Part shown: piece by piece, positions 55,869 to 64,000 of the stretch
How the letters are laid out: every line of letters begins with the position of its first letter
How positions within the stretch are numbered: the stretch's first letter is position 1
Source of the DNA: an uncultured Caenibius sp.
GTDB taxonomy: Bacteria > Pseudomonadota > Alphaproteobacteria > Sphingomonadales > Sphingomonadaceae
Assembly: GCA_964466155.1 (NCBI GenBank)
Contig: CAYXMY010000001.1
Span: forward strand, 427-64,426
DNA length: 64,000 nucleotides
Reading direction: 5' to 3'
Translations under genes and position numbers: made by a program
Notes under the pieces: generated by a model
Databases searched by the model: none
What the model was told of the DNA's origin: nothing
Seen by the model: the letters and a program-made list of their open reading frames with translations, nothing else

Positions 55869-56836
55869 GCGGCATGTCAGGCGCGGATGGCATCAAGGAA
55901 GCCGTTTCGTCGGAAAACCTGACAATGGGCAAACTCGTCCGGGCGCTCGACAGTTATAGCATCGATATCGGCAAGACCCACGTTTCGCTGTGGGACGGGC
56001 TGGTTGTGCTGTTCGTCATCGTCGCCGTGGTCCTGCTGGCCTATTTCACCAGCAAGCTTTCGCACCATCTGCTCAAGCGCATTTCCGGGCTGGACGAGGC
56101 GCAGAAGCTGCTGATCGACAAGATCGCCAGCATCGCGGTGTGGACGCTCGCGATCTTTATCGGGATCGATTTCCTCGGGATCGACCTCACCGCTCTGGCC
56201 GTGTTTTCCGGCGCCTTCGGCCTCGCCATCGGCTTCGGCCTGCAAAAGACGCTGGGCAATCTGATTGCCGGCATCATCCTTTTGATGGACCGTTCGATCA
56301 AACCGGGCGACGTGATCGCCGTCAGCGACATGAGCGGGCGGGAAAGCTTCGGCCAGATCCGCAAGATCGGCATCCGTGCGATTTCCGTCACCACGCGGGA
56401 TATGAAGGAATATCTCATTCCGAATGAGAACCTGATGGTCAATCAGGTGGAAAACTGGTCCTACAGCACGCGCAATGTGCGCATCCGGGTGCCGGTGCCA
56501 GTGGCATTCGGCACCGATCTCGACCTTGCCGAAAAGCTGATGATGCAGGCGACGAAAGAAGCCGCGCGCGTGCTTGAGCTTCCTGAACCGAAGGTCTTGC
56601 TGATGAACTTCGGCGAGAACGCGATCCAATTCGAAATCCGCTTCTGGATCGACGATCCCGAAGATGGAATCGGTGCGGTGCGTTCCGATGTGCTGAAAGG
56701 CGTGTGGCGCCTGTTCATCGAGCATGGAATCCGCGTGCCCTACCCCCAGCGCGAAGTTCACTTCAAAAATGCCCTGCAATTGGACGAAATCACGCCCGCC
56801 CCGCGCCGCCAAAACCTTGAAAAGCCGGATAATTGA
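55865..56836 (+). CDS. Mechanosensitive ion channel family protein (MscS-like)
   Basis: TM helices followed by GNLIAGIILLMDRSIKPGDVIAV, an MscS signature region. ATGA overlap with metC. An alternative ATG is at 55874. Confidence 0.88.
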   Translation: MSGMSGADGIKEAVSSENLTMGKLVRALDSYSIDIGKTHVSLWDGLVVLFVIVAVVLLAYFTSKLSHHLLKRISGLDEAQKLLIDKIASIAVWTLAIFIGIDFLGIDLTALAVFSGAFGLAIGFGLQKTLGNLIAGIILLMDRSIKPGDVIAVSDMSGRESFGQIRKIGIRAISVTTRDMKEYLIPNENLMVNQVENWSYSTRNVRIRVPVPVAFGTDLDLAEKLMMQATKEAARVLELPEPKVLLMNFGENAIQFEIRFWIDDPEDGIGAVRSDVLKGVWRLFIEHGIRVPYPQREVHFKNALQLDEITPAPRRQNLEKPDN

Positions 56837-56925
56837 GCACCGCCGGGCGTGGAGTAAAGATCAGCTAATCACCGGCAAAACCATTCTCACTGGAACAATT
56901 GCGCCGGAACGGCCATTTGGCCGTC

Positions 56926-57693
56926 ATGACACATAGCCCTGCTATCGGAACAGTGCATCTGGTGGGCGCCGGCCCTGGCGATCCCGACCTGTTGACCCTG
57001 CGCGCCGCGCGGCTGATTATGCGCGCCAAGCTGATCGTTCACGATGGCCTCGTCGAACCGGCCGTTCTCGAACTGGCAAAGCCAGGCACGCGGATGATTT
57101 CCGTCGCCAAGCGCCGCGCGCGGCATACGATGCCACAGGAAGACATCAACGCTCTGCTGGTGCGCGAAGCGCTGGCTGGCAACGATGTCGTGCGGCTGAA
57201 AGGCGGCGATCCGTTCATTTTCGGCCGCGGCGGGGAAGAAGCCGAAGCCTGCCACGCCGCTGGCGTACCTGTCGAGATCGTCCCCGGCATCAGCGCCGCC
57301 ATGGGCGCGGCGGCGGCGGCGCAAATCCCCCTGACCCATCGAGAAAACGCCAGCATCGTCAGCTTCGTTGCCGGGCAGTGCAAGAGCTTGACCGAGCAGG
57401 ATTGGGTTGGCCTTGCCGGAAAGGGCCGCACGCTGGTGATCTACATGGGCGTGAAGACCGCCCCGCAGATCGCGGAAAAGCTGATAACGGACGGGCTCGC
57501 CCCCGATGTGCCGGTGGCCGTGGTTGAAAACGCCGCGCGTTCGGATATGCGCGTTCTGCGTACCGCTCTGGCGGGGCTGCCCGATCTCGTGATTCGCGCG
57601 AAGGTCAAAAGCCCGGCCCTCATTATCATCGGCGATGTGACTGCGCGCGAAAATGCCGCGCTGGCCCGCGTCGCTCTGGAGGCAATGTCATGA
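56926..57693 (+). CDS. cobA: Uroporphyrinogen-III C-methyltransferase (siroheme branch)
   Basis: VHLVGAGPGDPDLLTLRA, GGDPFIFGRGGEE and VPGISAA motifs. Confidence 0.88.
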   Translation: MTHSPAIGTVHLVGAGPGDPDLLTLRAARLIMRAKLIVHDGLVEPAVLELAKPGTRMISVAKRRARHTMPQEDINALLVREALAGNDVVRLKGGDPFIFGRGGEEAEACHAAGVPVEIVPGISAAMGAAAAAQIPLTHRENASIVSFVAGQCKSLTEQDWVGLAGKGRTLVIYMGVKTAPQIAEKLITDGLAPDVPVAVVENAARSDMRVLRTALAGLPDLVIRAKVKSPALIIIGDVTARENAALARVALEAMS

Positions 57694-57989
57694 AGATCCT
57701 GACCGGAAACGACCTCAAGACCGGGGCCGTCACCTGGTGGACCGGCCAAGACTGGTCGCTCCATGTGGAGGATGCGGCCGATGTCGGTGTTGAAGCCGAT
57801 GCCATCGCCGCCCGCGAAGAAGGCGCCCGCCGCGTCAATGCGCCTTATGCCATCGACGCCGTGCGCGAAGAAACGGGCGGCGTTCGCCCCGCCCATATCA
57901 AGGACCGCATCCGCGCGCTCGGCCCGACCGTGCGCCCCGACCTAACTCTCAAGCCGGCTGATCCCGAAGTCGGCAACTGGGTGATCTGA
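57690..57989 (+). CDS. DUF2849 domain protein (sulfite-reductase-associated)
   Basis: 99 aa (MKILTGNDLKTGAVTWW...), overlapping both cobA and cysI. This placement is typical of alphaproteobacterial cysI clusters. Confidence 0.8.
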   Translation: MKILTGNDLKTGAVTWWTGQDWSLHVEDAADVGVEADAIAAREEGARRVNAPYAIDAVREETGGVRPAHIKDRIRALGPTVRPDLTLKPADPEVGNWVI

Positions 57990-59623
57990 TGTATCGTTAT
58001 GACCAATACGACCAGGCAATGGTCGATACCCGCGTCGCGGAATTCCGCGACCAGACCAAGCGCCGCATCGAAGGCAGGCTGAGCGAGGACCAGTTCAAGC
58101 CGCTGCGCCTCCAGAACGGTCTCTATCTCCAGCTGCATGCCTACATGCTGCGCGTGGCCGTGCCCTATGGCACGCTCAGTTCCGCGCAGATGCATGTGCT
58201 GGCCGATATCGCGGACAAGTATGACCGCGGCTACGGCCACTTCACCACCCGCCAGAACATCCAGTACAACTGGATCAAGCTGGAAGATGCGCCCGACATC
58301 TTGGCCGATCTGGCCAAAGTCGAAATGCATGCGATCCAGACGAGCGGCAACTGCATCCGCAACATCAGTTCCGATCAGTTCGCAGGCGCCACGGCCGATG
58401 AAATCATCGATCCGCGCCCCTATGCGGAACTGCTGCGCCAGTGGTCGAGCTTCCATCCGGAATTCCTCGCTCTGCCGCGTAAGTTCAAGATCGCGGTGAT
58501 CGCCAGCGATACCGACCGCGCGGCGATGAAGCTGCACGATATCGGCATTCGCCTGGTGAAGAACGATGCGGGCGAACTGGGCGCTGCATTCTATGTCGGT
58601 GGCGGCATGGGCCGTACGCCGATGGTCGCGCCGCTGATCCGCGACTTCGTGCCGCTAGACCAGCTCATCACCTATTCCGAAGCCTGCCTGCGGGTTTACA
58701 ACCGCTATGGCCGCCGCGACAACAAGTACAAGGCGCGGATCAAGATCCTCGTCCATGAACTGGGCAAGGACGAATACGCCCGCCAGGTGGAGGAAGAATT
58801 CGCCCACCTGCTGACGCAGAACATCGAACCGCCGCTCGCGGAGCTGGAACGGATTGCCGCCCACTTCACCGATCCCGCATTCGAAACCGGGGTGAGCGAC
58901 GATCTCGATCTTTCCGATCCCGATTTCGCCCTGTGGGTGGAGCGCAACTGCTCGGCCCATAAGCAGCCGGGTTACATCATCGCCAATATCAGCCTGAAGC
59001 CGGTCGGCGGCATTCCGGGCGATGCCTCTGCCGCGCAAATCCACCTGATGGCCGATCTCGCCAAGGCATACAGCTTCGACGAACTGCGCGTGACGCATGC
59101 GCAGAACATCGTGCTGCCCCATGTGAAGAAGGCCGATCTCTACACCCTGTGGCAGAAGCTGGAAGCGGCGGACCTCGGCACGGCGAATATCGACACCATC
59201 GAGGACATCATCGCCTGCCCCGGCCTCGATTATTGCAGCCTCGCCAACGCGCGTTCGATCCCGGTGGCGCAGAAGATCGCCACGCGCTTCGCCGAAACCG
59301 GCAAGAGCGACACGCTGGGCGAATTGAAGCTCAAGATCAGCGGCTGCATCAACGCCTGCGGGCACCACCATGCGGGCCACATCGGCATCCTCGGAGTCGA
59401 TCGCAAGGGCGTGGAGAACTACCAGCTCCTGCTCGGCGGCTGCGAGGGCGACGATACTTCGCTCGGCACTATCACCGGGCCGGGCTTCGATGAAAACGGC
59501 ATTGTCGGCGCCGTCGAAAAGGCGACCGACGTCTATCTCGCCAACCGGCAGGACGGGGAACGCTTCCTCGACACCTATCGCCGGATCGGCATGGCACCCT
59601 TCAAGGAGGCGCTTTATGGTTGA
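57989..59623 (+). CDS. cysI: Sulfite reductase hemoprotein (nitrite/sulfite reductase 4Fe-4S/siroheme family)
   Basis: 544 aa. TTRQNIQYNW and SGCINACGHHH cluster/siroheme Cys motifs. Confidence 0.9.
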   Translation: MYRYDQYDQAMVDTRVAEFRDQTKRRIEGRLSEDQFKPLRLQNGLYLQLHAYMLRVAVPYGTLSSAQMHVLADIADKYDRGYGHFTTRQNIQYNWIKLEDAPDILADLAKVEMHAIQTSGNCIRNISSDQFAGATADEIIDPRPYAELLRQWSSFHPEFLALPRKFKIAVIASDTDRAAMKLHDIGIRLVKNDAGELGAAFYVGGGMGRTPMVAPLIRDFVPLDQLITYSEACLRVYNRYGRRDNKYKARIKILVHELGKDEYARQVEEEFAHLLTQNIEPPLAELERIAAHFTDPAFETGVSDDLDLSDPDFALWVERNCSAHKQPGYIIANISLKPVGGIPGDASAAQIHLMADLAKAYSFDELRVTHAQNIVLPHVKKADLYTLWQKLEAADLGTANIDTIEDIIACPGLDYCSLANARSIPVAQKIATRFAETGKSDTLGELKLKISGCINACGHHHAGHIGILGVDRKGVENYQLLLGGCEGDDTSLGTITGPGFDENGIVGAVEKATDVYLANRQDGERFLDTYRRIGMAPFKEALYG

Positions 59624-60053
59624 TGTGCTGCGCTTTCGCGATGATGAGCCAGTGGGTGATCCCGCCGTCACCGTGGACGCTTTTTCCGAGCAGACCAATG
59701 CCTCGGCCGTCCGCGTCGAACCGGGCGACGATGCCCGCGATCTGCTGCCGTTCCTCGAACAGCTCCGCCTGATCGAAGTCGACTTCCCCTCTTTCATGGA
59801 TGGGCGCGGCTATTCGGTGGCCCGTATCCTGCGCGAAGCAGGCTACAAGGGCGAGTTGCGCGCCGTGGGCGACGTGCTGGTCGATCAGCTTTTGCATCTG
59901 CGCCGCTGCGGCTTCGATGCCTTTGCACCGGACAAGGGGCTCGATCCGGCCGATGCCGAAGCGGCGTTCAACCGCTGGCCCGAAGTCTATCAGGCTGCGG
60001 CCGACGACCGGCAGCCGATCTGGGCCAAGCGTCACGGGATCGCCAATGGCTGA
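59616..60053 (+). CDS. DUF934 domain protein (sulfite-reduction-associated)
   Basis: 145 aa (FMDGRGYSVARILRE...GDVLVDQL). 8-nt overlap with cysI. Confidence 0.8.
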   Translation: MVDVLRFRDDEPVGDPAVTVDAFSEQTNASAVRVEPGDDARDLLPFLEQLRLIEVDFPSFMDGRGYSVARILREAGYKGELRAVGDVLVDQLLHLRRCGFDAFAPDKGLDPADAEAAFNRWPEVYQAAADDRQPIWAKRHGIANG

Positions 60054-60849
60054 AACCGCGCGCCGCATTGACCGCATCGATACCGGGGCACGCTTCACCG
60101 CCGAAGACGCGGCTGCGCTCAACGCGCGGTTCGCGGGCGCTTCGCCGGATGACGTGCTGCGCGCGGTGCTGGTCGATGGGGTGGCGGGCCGGATCGCGCT
60201 GGTGTCCAGCTTCGGTGCGGAAAGCTCCGTGCTGCTGCACATGGCCTCGCGCATCGATCCCGCGGTGGCGGTGCTGTTCCTTGAAACCGGCAAGCATTTC
60301 GAGGAAACGCTCGCCTATCGCGACCATCTGGTGGAGCGGCTTGGGTTGACCAACCTGATCGATCTCTACCCCGATCCGGTAGCGCTCGCCAACAAGGATG
60401 AAAGCGGACTGCGCTGGTCTTACGACCCGGACGGCTGCTGCGAAATCCGCAAGGTTCAGCCATTGGCTACTGCCTTGCAGGATTTCGACGCCTCGATCAC
60501 CGGGCGCAAGGCGTTTCAGTCGGTCACACGTGCCGATCTGCCGGTGTTCGAGCCGGATACCTCGGATGCGGCTGGCCGGCTCAAGGTCAACCCGTTGATC
60601 GGCATGACCAAGGACGATCTCGACGCCTATATGGTGGAGCACGATCTGCCCGCGCATCCGCTGGTCGCCCAAGGGTATCCTTCCATCGGTTGTTCCCCCT
60701 GCACCAGCAAGGTCGCACCGGGCGAAGATCCGCGTTCCGGCCGCTGGAAAGGCTGGGACAAAACCGAATGCGGCATTCATGTGCCGACAAGTTCCCCGAT
60801 TCCGGGTATGGGCGACGAATTGCCTCCGGGTTACGAACCGGTCTTCTGA
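60046..60849 (+). CDS. cysH: Adenylyl-/phosphoadenylyl-sulfate reductase, Fe-S-cluster (APS reductase) type
   Basis: CC (DGCCEIRK) and CxxC (GCSPCT) cluster motifs plus the catalytic ECGIH motif. Confidence 0.9.
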   Translation: MAETARRIDRIDTGARFTAEDAAALNARFAGASPDDVLRAVLVDGVAGRIALVSSFGAESSVLLHMASRIDPAVAVLFLETGKHFEETLAYRDHLVERLGLTNLIDLYPDPVALANKDESGLRWSYDPDGCCEIRKVQPLATALQDFDASITGRKAFQSVTRADLPVFEPDTSDAAGRLKVNPLIGMTKDDLDAYMVEHDLPAHPLVAQGYPSIGCSPCTSKVAPGEDPRSGRWKGWDKTECGIHVPTSSPIPGMGDELPPGYEPVF

Positions 60850-60964
60850 CCTTCAGGCGTGTGGTCAGGCGCGCGTTTTACCGTTCCCGCCCGGCTGGAT
60901 AGCGCACGGCGCTTTCCCCCGTTCGCAGGCGCTGCTATGATAGGCGCGCCAAAGGAGTGTTGAA

Positions 60965-61207
60965 ATGGGTTCGATGTCGTTTACGCACTGGATCATCGTT
61001 GCGATCGTGGTGCTGATCTTGTTCGGCCGTGGCCGAATTTCCGAAACCATGGGCGAATTCGGCAAGGGCCTGCGCAGCTTCAAGGATGGCATGGCCGACA
61101 AGGACGAGGCCGATTCGGCCAGCCGCAGCACGCCGCAAATCAGCCAGTCGAATGCCGAAGCGGACAAGTCTGCCAGCAAGGACAGCACCGCGACCGGCGG
61201 CAACTGA
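60965..61207 (+). CDS. tatA: Twin-arginine translocase subunit TatA/E
   Basis: 80 aa. N-terminal TM helix followed by [24 protein letters not shown]. Confidence 0.9.
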   Translation: MGSMSFTHWIIVAIVVLILFGRGRISETMGEFGKGLRSFKDGMADKDEADSASRSTPQISQSNAEADKSASKDSTATGGN

Positions 61208-61235
61208 CCGGTTCATTCATATGTGCTGACAAGAA

Positions 61236-61265
61236 AGCGGGGCCAGTGGCCCCGCTTTTTGTTCG
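61236..61265 (+). terminator. Rho-independent terminator
   Basis: agcggggcc-agt-ggccccgct followed by tttttgttcgttt. Confidence 0.7.
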
Positions 61266-61287
61266 TTTGCCACCCAGGCAATCGGCG

Positions 61288-62196
61288 TCAGAGCCAGCCC
61301 TGCCGCCGATACCATTCCGCCGTGGCCTTGAGCCCTTCGGCAGTGCGCACTTTCGGCGTCCAGCGCCGGGCGGGCACGCTGCGCTGCGCGCTCACGACCC
61401 AATCAGGGTGAACCATATAGCTCACCCGGTCCGCGCTCAGCTTGACCTTGCCGGGACGAATCCAGCCTTCGATCCGCGATATCCAGTCGAGCGCGCCGCG
61501 CGACATATGCGGCACCCACGGCTTGCGCCCCACGGCATCGCCAATCGCTTCGGCCAGGTCACGGTGGCTCCAGCCGTCGGCCTGCCCATCGTCCGGTTCG
61601 AACACGCGGTGCGTCACATCTTCGCCCCCGCTCGCCAGCGCCAGCAGCAGATTGGCCAGATCGTCGACATGGATCACCGAAGCGCGCCCCGGCGGGGGCA
61701 TCGGCACCACCCCCCATTTGGCGCTGCGGAACAGTTCGAACATTTCCGTATCGCGCGGCCCATAAACCGCCGGCGGACGCACAATCGTCCAGTCCAGGCC
61801 GCTGGCGGCAACGATCTTTTCCGCCCGGCGCTTGGATGCGCCATAAGCGGACAATTGCGGTTCGCGGGCCGAAAGCGAGGAAACATGCACGAAACGCGGC
61901 ACCCCTGCGGCCAATGCCGCTTCGACCACGGCGAGCGTACCACCGGCGTTGCCTGCTTCGAACCCTGCCGCATCGGGCGCATTGACCACACCTGCGACAT
62001 GGATCACCGCTTCCACGCTATCGGCCATGCGCATCAATGCCCGGCGGTCACCCAGATCACCGAGAATCCACTCAACCCCCTTGCGGTCGGGCTGCTGGCG
62101 GCGAGTCAGCGCATGAACCGTCACCTTCTTCGCAGCCGCAGCATCCAGCACCGCTTGGCCCACAAAACCGGTCGCACCGGTCAAAGCTATCGTCAC
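61288..62196 (-). CDS. NAD(P)-binding extended SDR (epimerase/dehydratase, NDUFA9-like family)
   Basis: GTG start in a GTGA overlap with the proB stop gives MTIALTGATGFVGQ. YGASK catalytic pair. Confidence 0.8.
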   Translation of the reverse strand: MTIALTGATGFVGQAVLDAAAAKKVTVHALTRRQQPDRKGVEWILGDLGDRRALMRMADSVEAVIHVAGVVNAPDAAGFEAGNAGGTLAVVEAALAAGVPRFVHVSSLSAREPQLSAYGASKRRAEKIVAASGLDWTIVRPPAVYGPRDTEMFELFRSAKWGVVPMPPPGRASVIHVDDLANLLLALASGGEDVTHRVFEPDDGQADGWSHRDLAEAIGDAVGRKPWVPHMSRGALDWISRIEGWIRPGKVKLSADRVSYMVHPDWVVSAQRSVPARRWTPKVRTAEGLKATAEWYRRQGWL

Positions 62197-63323
62197 AACA
62201 ACACCAACTGATTGCGATGTACCACCGCCGAACGGGGGGCATAACCAAGAATATCCGCCTGTTCGGCCGAAGTGCGCCCCAGTATCCGCGCACATTCATC
62301 CGCATCGTATTCGACCAGGCCTTGCGCCAGAATCTTGCCCGCGCCATCGTGAATGGCAACCGGATCGCCGCGATGGAATGTGCCTTCCACCGCCACGATA
62401 CCGGCGGCGAGCAGGCTCTTTCCCGCGCCCAGCGCGCTCACGGCCCCGGCATCGATGACCAGCGCCCCCTTCATCCGCAAGCGCCCCCCCAACCAGGCCT
62501 TGCGCGCCGCATCCTTGCGCCGGGGCAGAAATACCGTGCCGATCCCCTGCCCCAGAGCCCGCGCCAGCGGACGGTCGTATGTGCCGTTGAGAATGGCAAG
62601 GACGATCCCCGCGCGTTCGGCGATTTCGGCAGCGAGCAATTTCGCGGTCATTCCCCCCGAACCGAGGCCGGAGCCGGAACCGCCTGTCGCCATGGCATGG
62701 ATTTCCGCAGTCACGCCGCGAACTTCGGGCAGCATCCGCGCGCCCTCCGCCTGCGGATCGCGATCATAAAGCCCATCGATATCGGACAGCAGCAGCACGG
62801 CCTGCGCCTGCGCCGCCTGCGCCACGCGCGATGCAAGCCTATCGTTGTCGCCAAAGCGGATTTCCTGCGTGGCCACGCTGTCATTCTCGTTCACCACCGG
62901 CACCGCGCCTGCCTTGATCAATCGCCCCAGAGTGGCGCTGGCGTTGAGATAGCGGCGGCGGTCTTCCAGGTCTTCCAATGTCAGCAGCAATTGCGCGGCA
63001 ACGATGCCCCTGGCGCCCAGCAGTTCGCTCCACAGTTCTGCCAGCATGATCTGGCCCACGGCAGCGGCGGCCTGTGCATCGGCCAGATCGGCGCGTCCAC
63101 CCTTGGGCAGGCGCAGCCTTGCCGCCCCCAATGCGATGGCGCCGGAACTGACCACGACCACCTCCTGCCCGCGCGCGCGGGCAGCGGCGATTTCATCCAC
63201 CAAGCCTTCCAGCCACGCCCGGCGCGGCGCGCCTTTTTCGACGAGCAGCGCCGAACCGACCTTGATTACAAGGCGGCGGCAACGGTTGGCATCGGCGATA
63301 TCCGAGAGACGCGAAATCGACAT
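62193..63323 (-). CDS. proB: Glutamate 5-kinase (with C-terminal PUA domain)
   Basis: VIKVGSALL, NENDSVAT and FGDNDRLA motifs. 376 aa. Confidence 0.92.
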   Translation of the reverse strand: MSISRLSDIADANRCRRLVIKVGSALLVEKGAPRRAWLEGLVDEIAAARARGQEVVVVSSGAIALGAARLRLPKGGRADLADAQAAAAVGQIMLAELWSELLGARGIVAAQLLLTLEDLEDRRRYLNASATLGRLIKAGAVPVVNENDSVATQEIRFGDNDRLASRVAQAAQAQAVLLLSDIDGLYDRDPQAEGARMLPEVRGVTAEIHAMATGGSGSGLGSGGMTAKLLAAEIAERAGIVLAILNGTYDRPLARALGQGIGTVFLPRRKDAARKAWLGGRLRMKGALVIDAGAVSALGAGKSLLAAGIVAVEGTFHRGDPVAIHDGAGKILAQGLVEYDADECARILGRTSAEQADILGYAPRSAVVHRNQLVLL

Positions 63324-63381
63324 GAGGCGGGGGTTTATAAGCTAAGGTTGGGTTTGCAAAGCGGGCGAAAGGGAAGCCGTG

Positions 63382-64000
63382 TCATAGCGGCGACCAAGGC
63401 TGTGCCTCGTCTTCATCCTCGACTTCCCCATCGGGCCGTTCGGTAGCCGTCACTGCCGGAAGATAGGACAGGACGGCATTCAGCAATGGCTCGATCCCGG
63501 CCCCTGTCGCCCCCGAAATCGCAAACACATCGTCCGCGCCCGCTTCTTTCAGTTCTTCGGCGAAAGCGGCGGCCAGTTCGGCATCGGCAAGATCGATCTT
63601 GTTCAACACCACCAGGCGCGGTTTTTCATCGAGTTCACCGCCGTAGGCCGACAGTTCATCCTCGACGATGCGCATGGCTTCGGCCGGATCTTCCCCGGCG
63701 ATGTCGATAAGGTGAATCAGCACCCGGCAACGTTCGATATGGCCGAGAAAGCGATCCCCGATCCCCGCACCGTCTGCCGCGCCTTCGATCAGGCCGGGGA
63801 TGTCGGCCAGGACGAATTCGCGCCCCTTGTGCCGTACGACGCCCAATTTGGGCACCAGTGTGGTGAAGGCGTAATCGCCCACTTTGGCCTGGGCATTCGA
63901 CACCTGATTGATGAAGGTCGATTTTCCGGCATTGGGCAGCCCGACCAGCCCGACATCGGCCAGCAGCTTCAGACGCAGCCACACCCACATCTCTTGCCCA
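63382..64000 (-). CDS. obg: GTPase Obg/CgtA (C-terminal part; the gene continues beyond the window end)
   Basis: G1 GLPNAGKST, G3 DIPGLIEGA, G4 NKID. The reading frame is open to the window edge. Confidence 0.92.
   Translation of the reverse strand, partial: GQEMWVWLRLKLLADVGLVGLPNAGKSTFINQVSNAQAKVGDYAFTTLVPKLGVVRHKGREFVLADIPGLIEGAADGAGIGDRFLGHIERCRVLIHLIDIAGEDPAEAMRIVEDELSAYGGELDEKPRLVVLNKIDLADAELAAAFAEELKEAGADDVFAISGATGAGIEPLLNAVLSYLPAVTATERPDGEVEDEDEAQPWSPL

Noticed and set aside
60965-61207. Monocistronic tatA without adjacent tatB/tatC as an anomaly
   Set aside because: The gene is followed by a strong terminator, and tatBC could be located elsewhere. A separately encoded tatA/E paralogue is common, so this is not considered unusual.
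1-64000. Search for mobile elements, phage or defence genes, CRISPR arrays, and tRNA/rRNA genes
   Set aside because: No transposase, integrase or recombinase-like translation, no terminal inverted repeats around any block, no repeat-spacer array and no tRNA-like cloverleaf were noticed. GC content looks uniform, so there is no evidence that the island was recently acquired. This was a by-eye scan only, so small RNAs could have been missed.

Overview
High-GC (roughly 65%) chromosomal window, probably from an alphaproteobacterium of the Sphingomonadaceae type. That guess rests only on gene content: several TonB-dependent receptors, a cobA-DUF2849-cysI-DUF934-cysH cluster and obg-proB synteny. 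I saw no rRNA, tRNA, CRISPR array, transposase or integrase. About 62 protein genes are supported. Positions 1-9.7 kb hold two TonB-dependent receptors, a class A acid phosphatase and an epoxide-hydrolase-like protein. Positions 9.8-51.4 kb form a large catabolic island resembling steroid, bile-salt or alicyclic degradation. It contains KstD-like, KshA-like and HsaA-like proteins, two extradiol dioxygenases, acyl-CoA dehydrogenases, MaoC/hotdog hydratases, crotonases, three thiolase-fold proteins with DUF35 partners, a P450, a fused 1151-aa indolepyruvate:ferredoxin-oxidoreductase-family enzyme, many SDRs, and TetR/AraC/Lrp regulators. Positions 51.4-64 kb are housekeeping: AI-2E transporter, queF, metC, mscS, the sulfite reduction cluster, tatA, proB and obg. 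The most interesting items are: (1) a duplicated, translationally coupled pair of a Coq4-family protein and a D-aminoacylase-like amidohydrolase, present twice with swapped gene order and no ubiquinone context; (2) an HMG-CoA-synthase-like protein fused to DUF35 that appears to lack the nucleophilic Cys, coupled to an SCP-x-type thiolase; (3) a 2-oxoacid:ferredoxin oxidoreductase co-operonic with an extradiol dioxygenase; (4) a single-chain tandem TetR regulator next to a perfect inverted repeat. All functional calls come from reading the supplied translations and recalling family motifs. No database search was possible, so the family names are hypotheses to confirm with HMM or BLAST searches.
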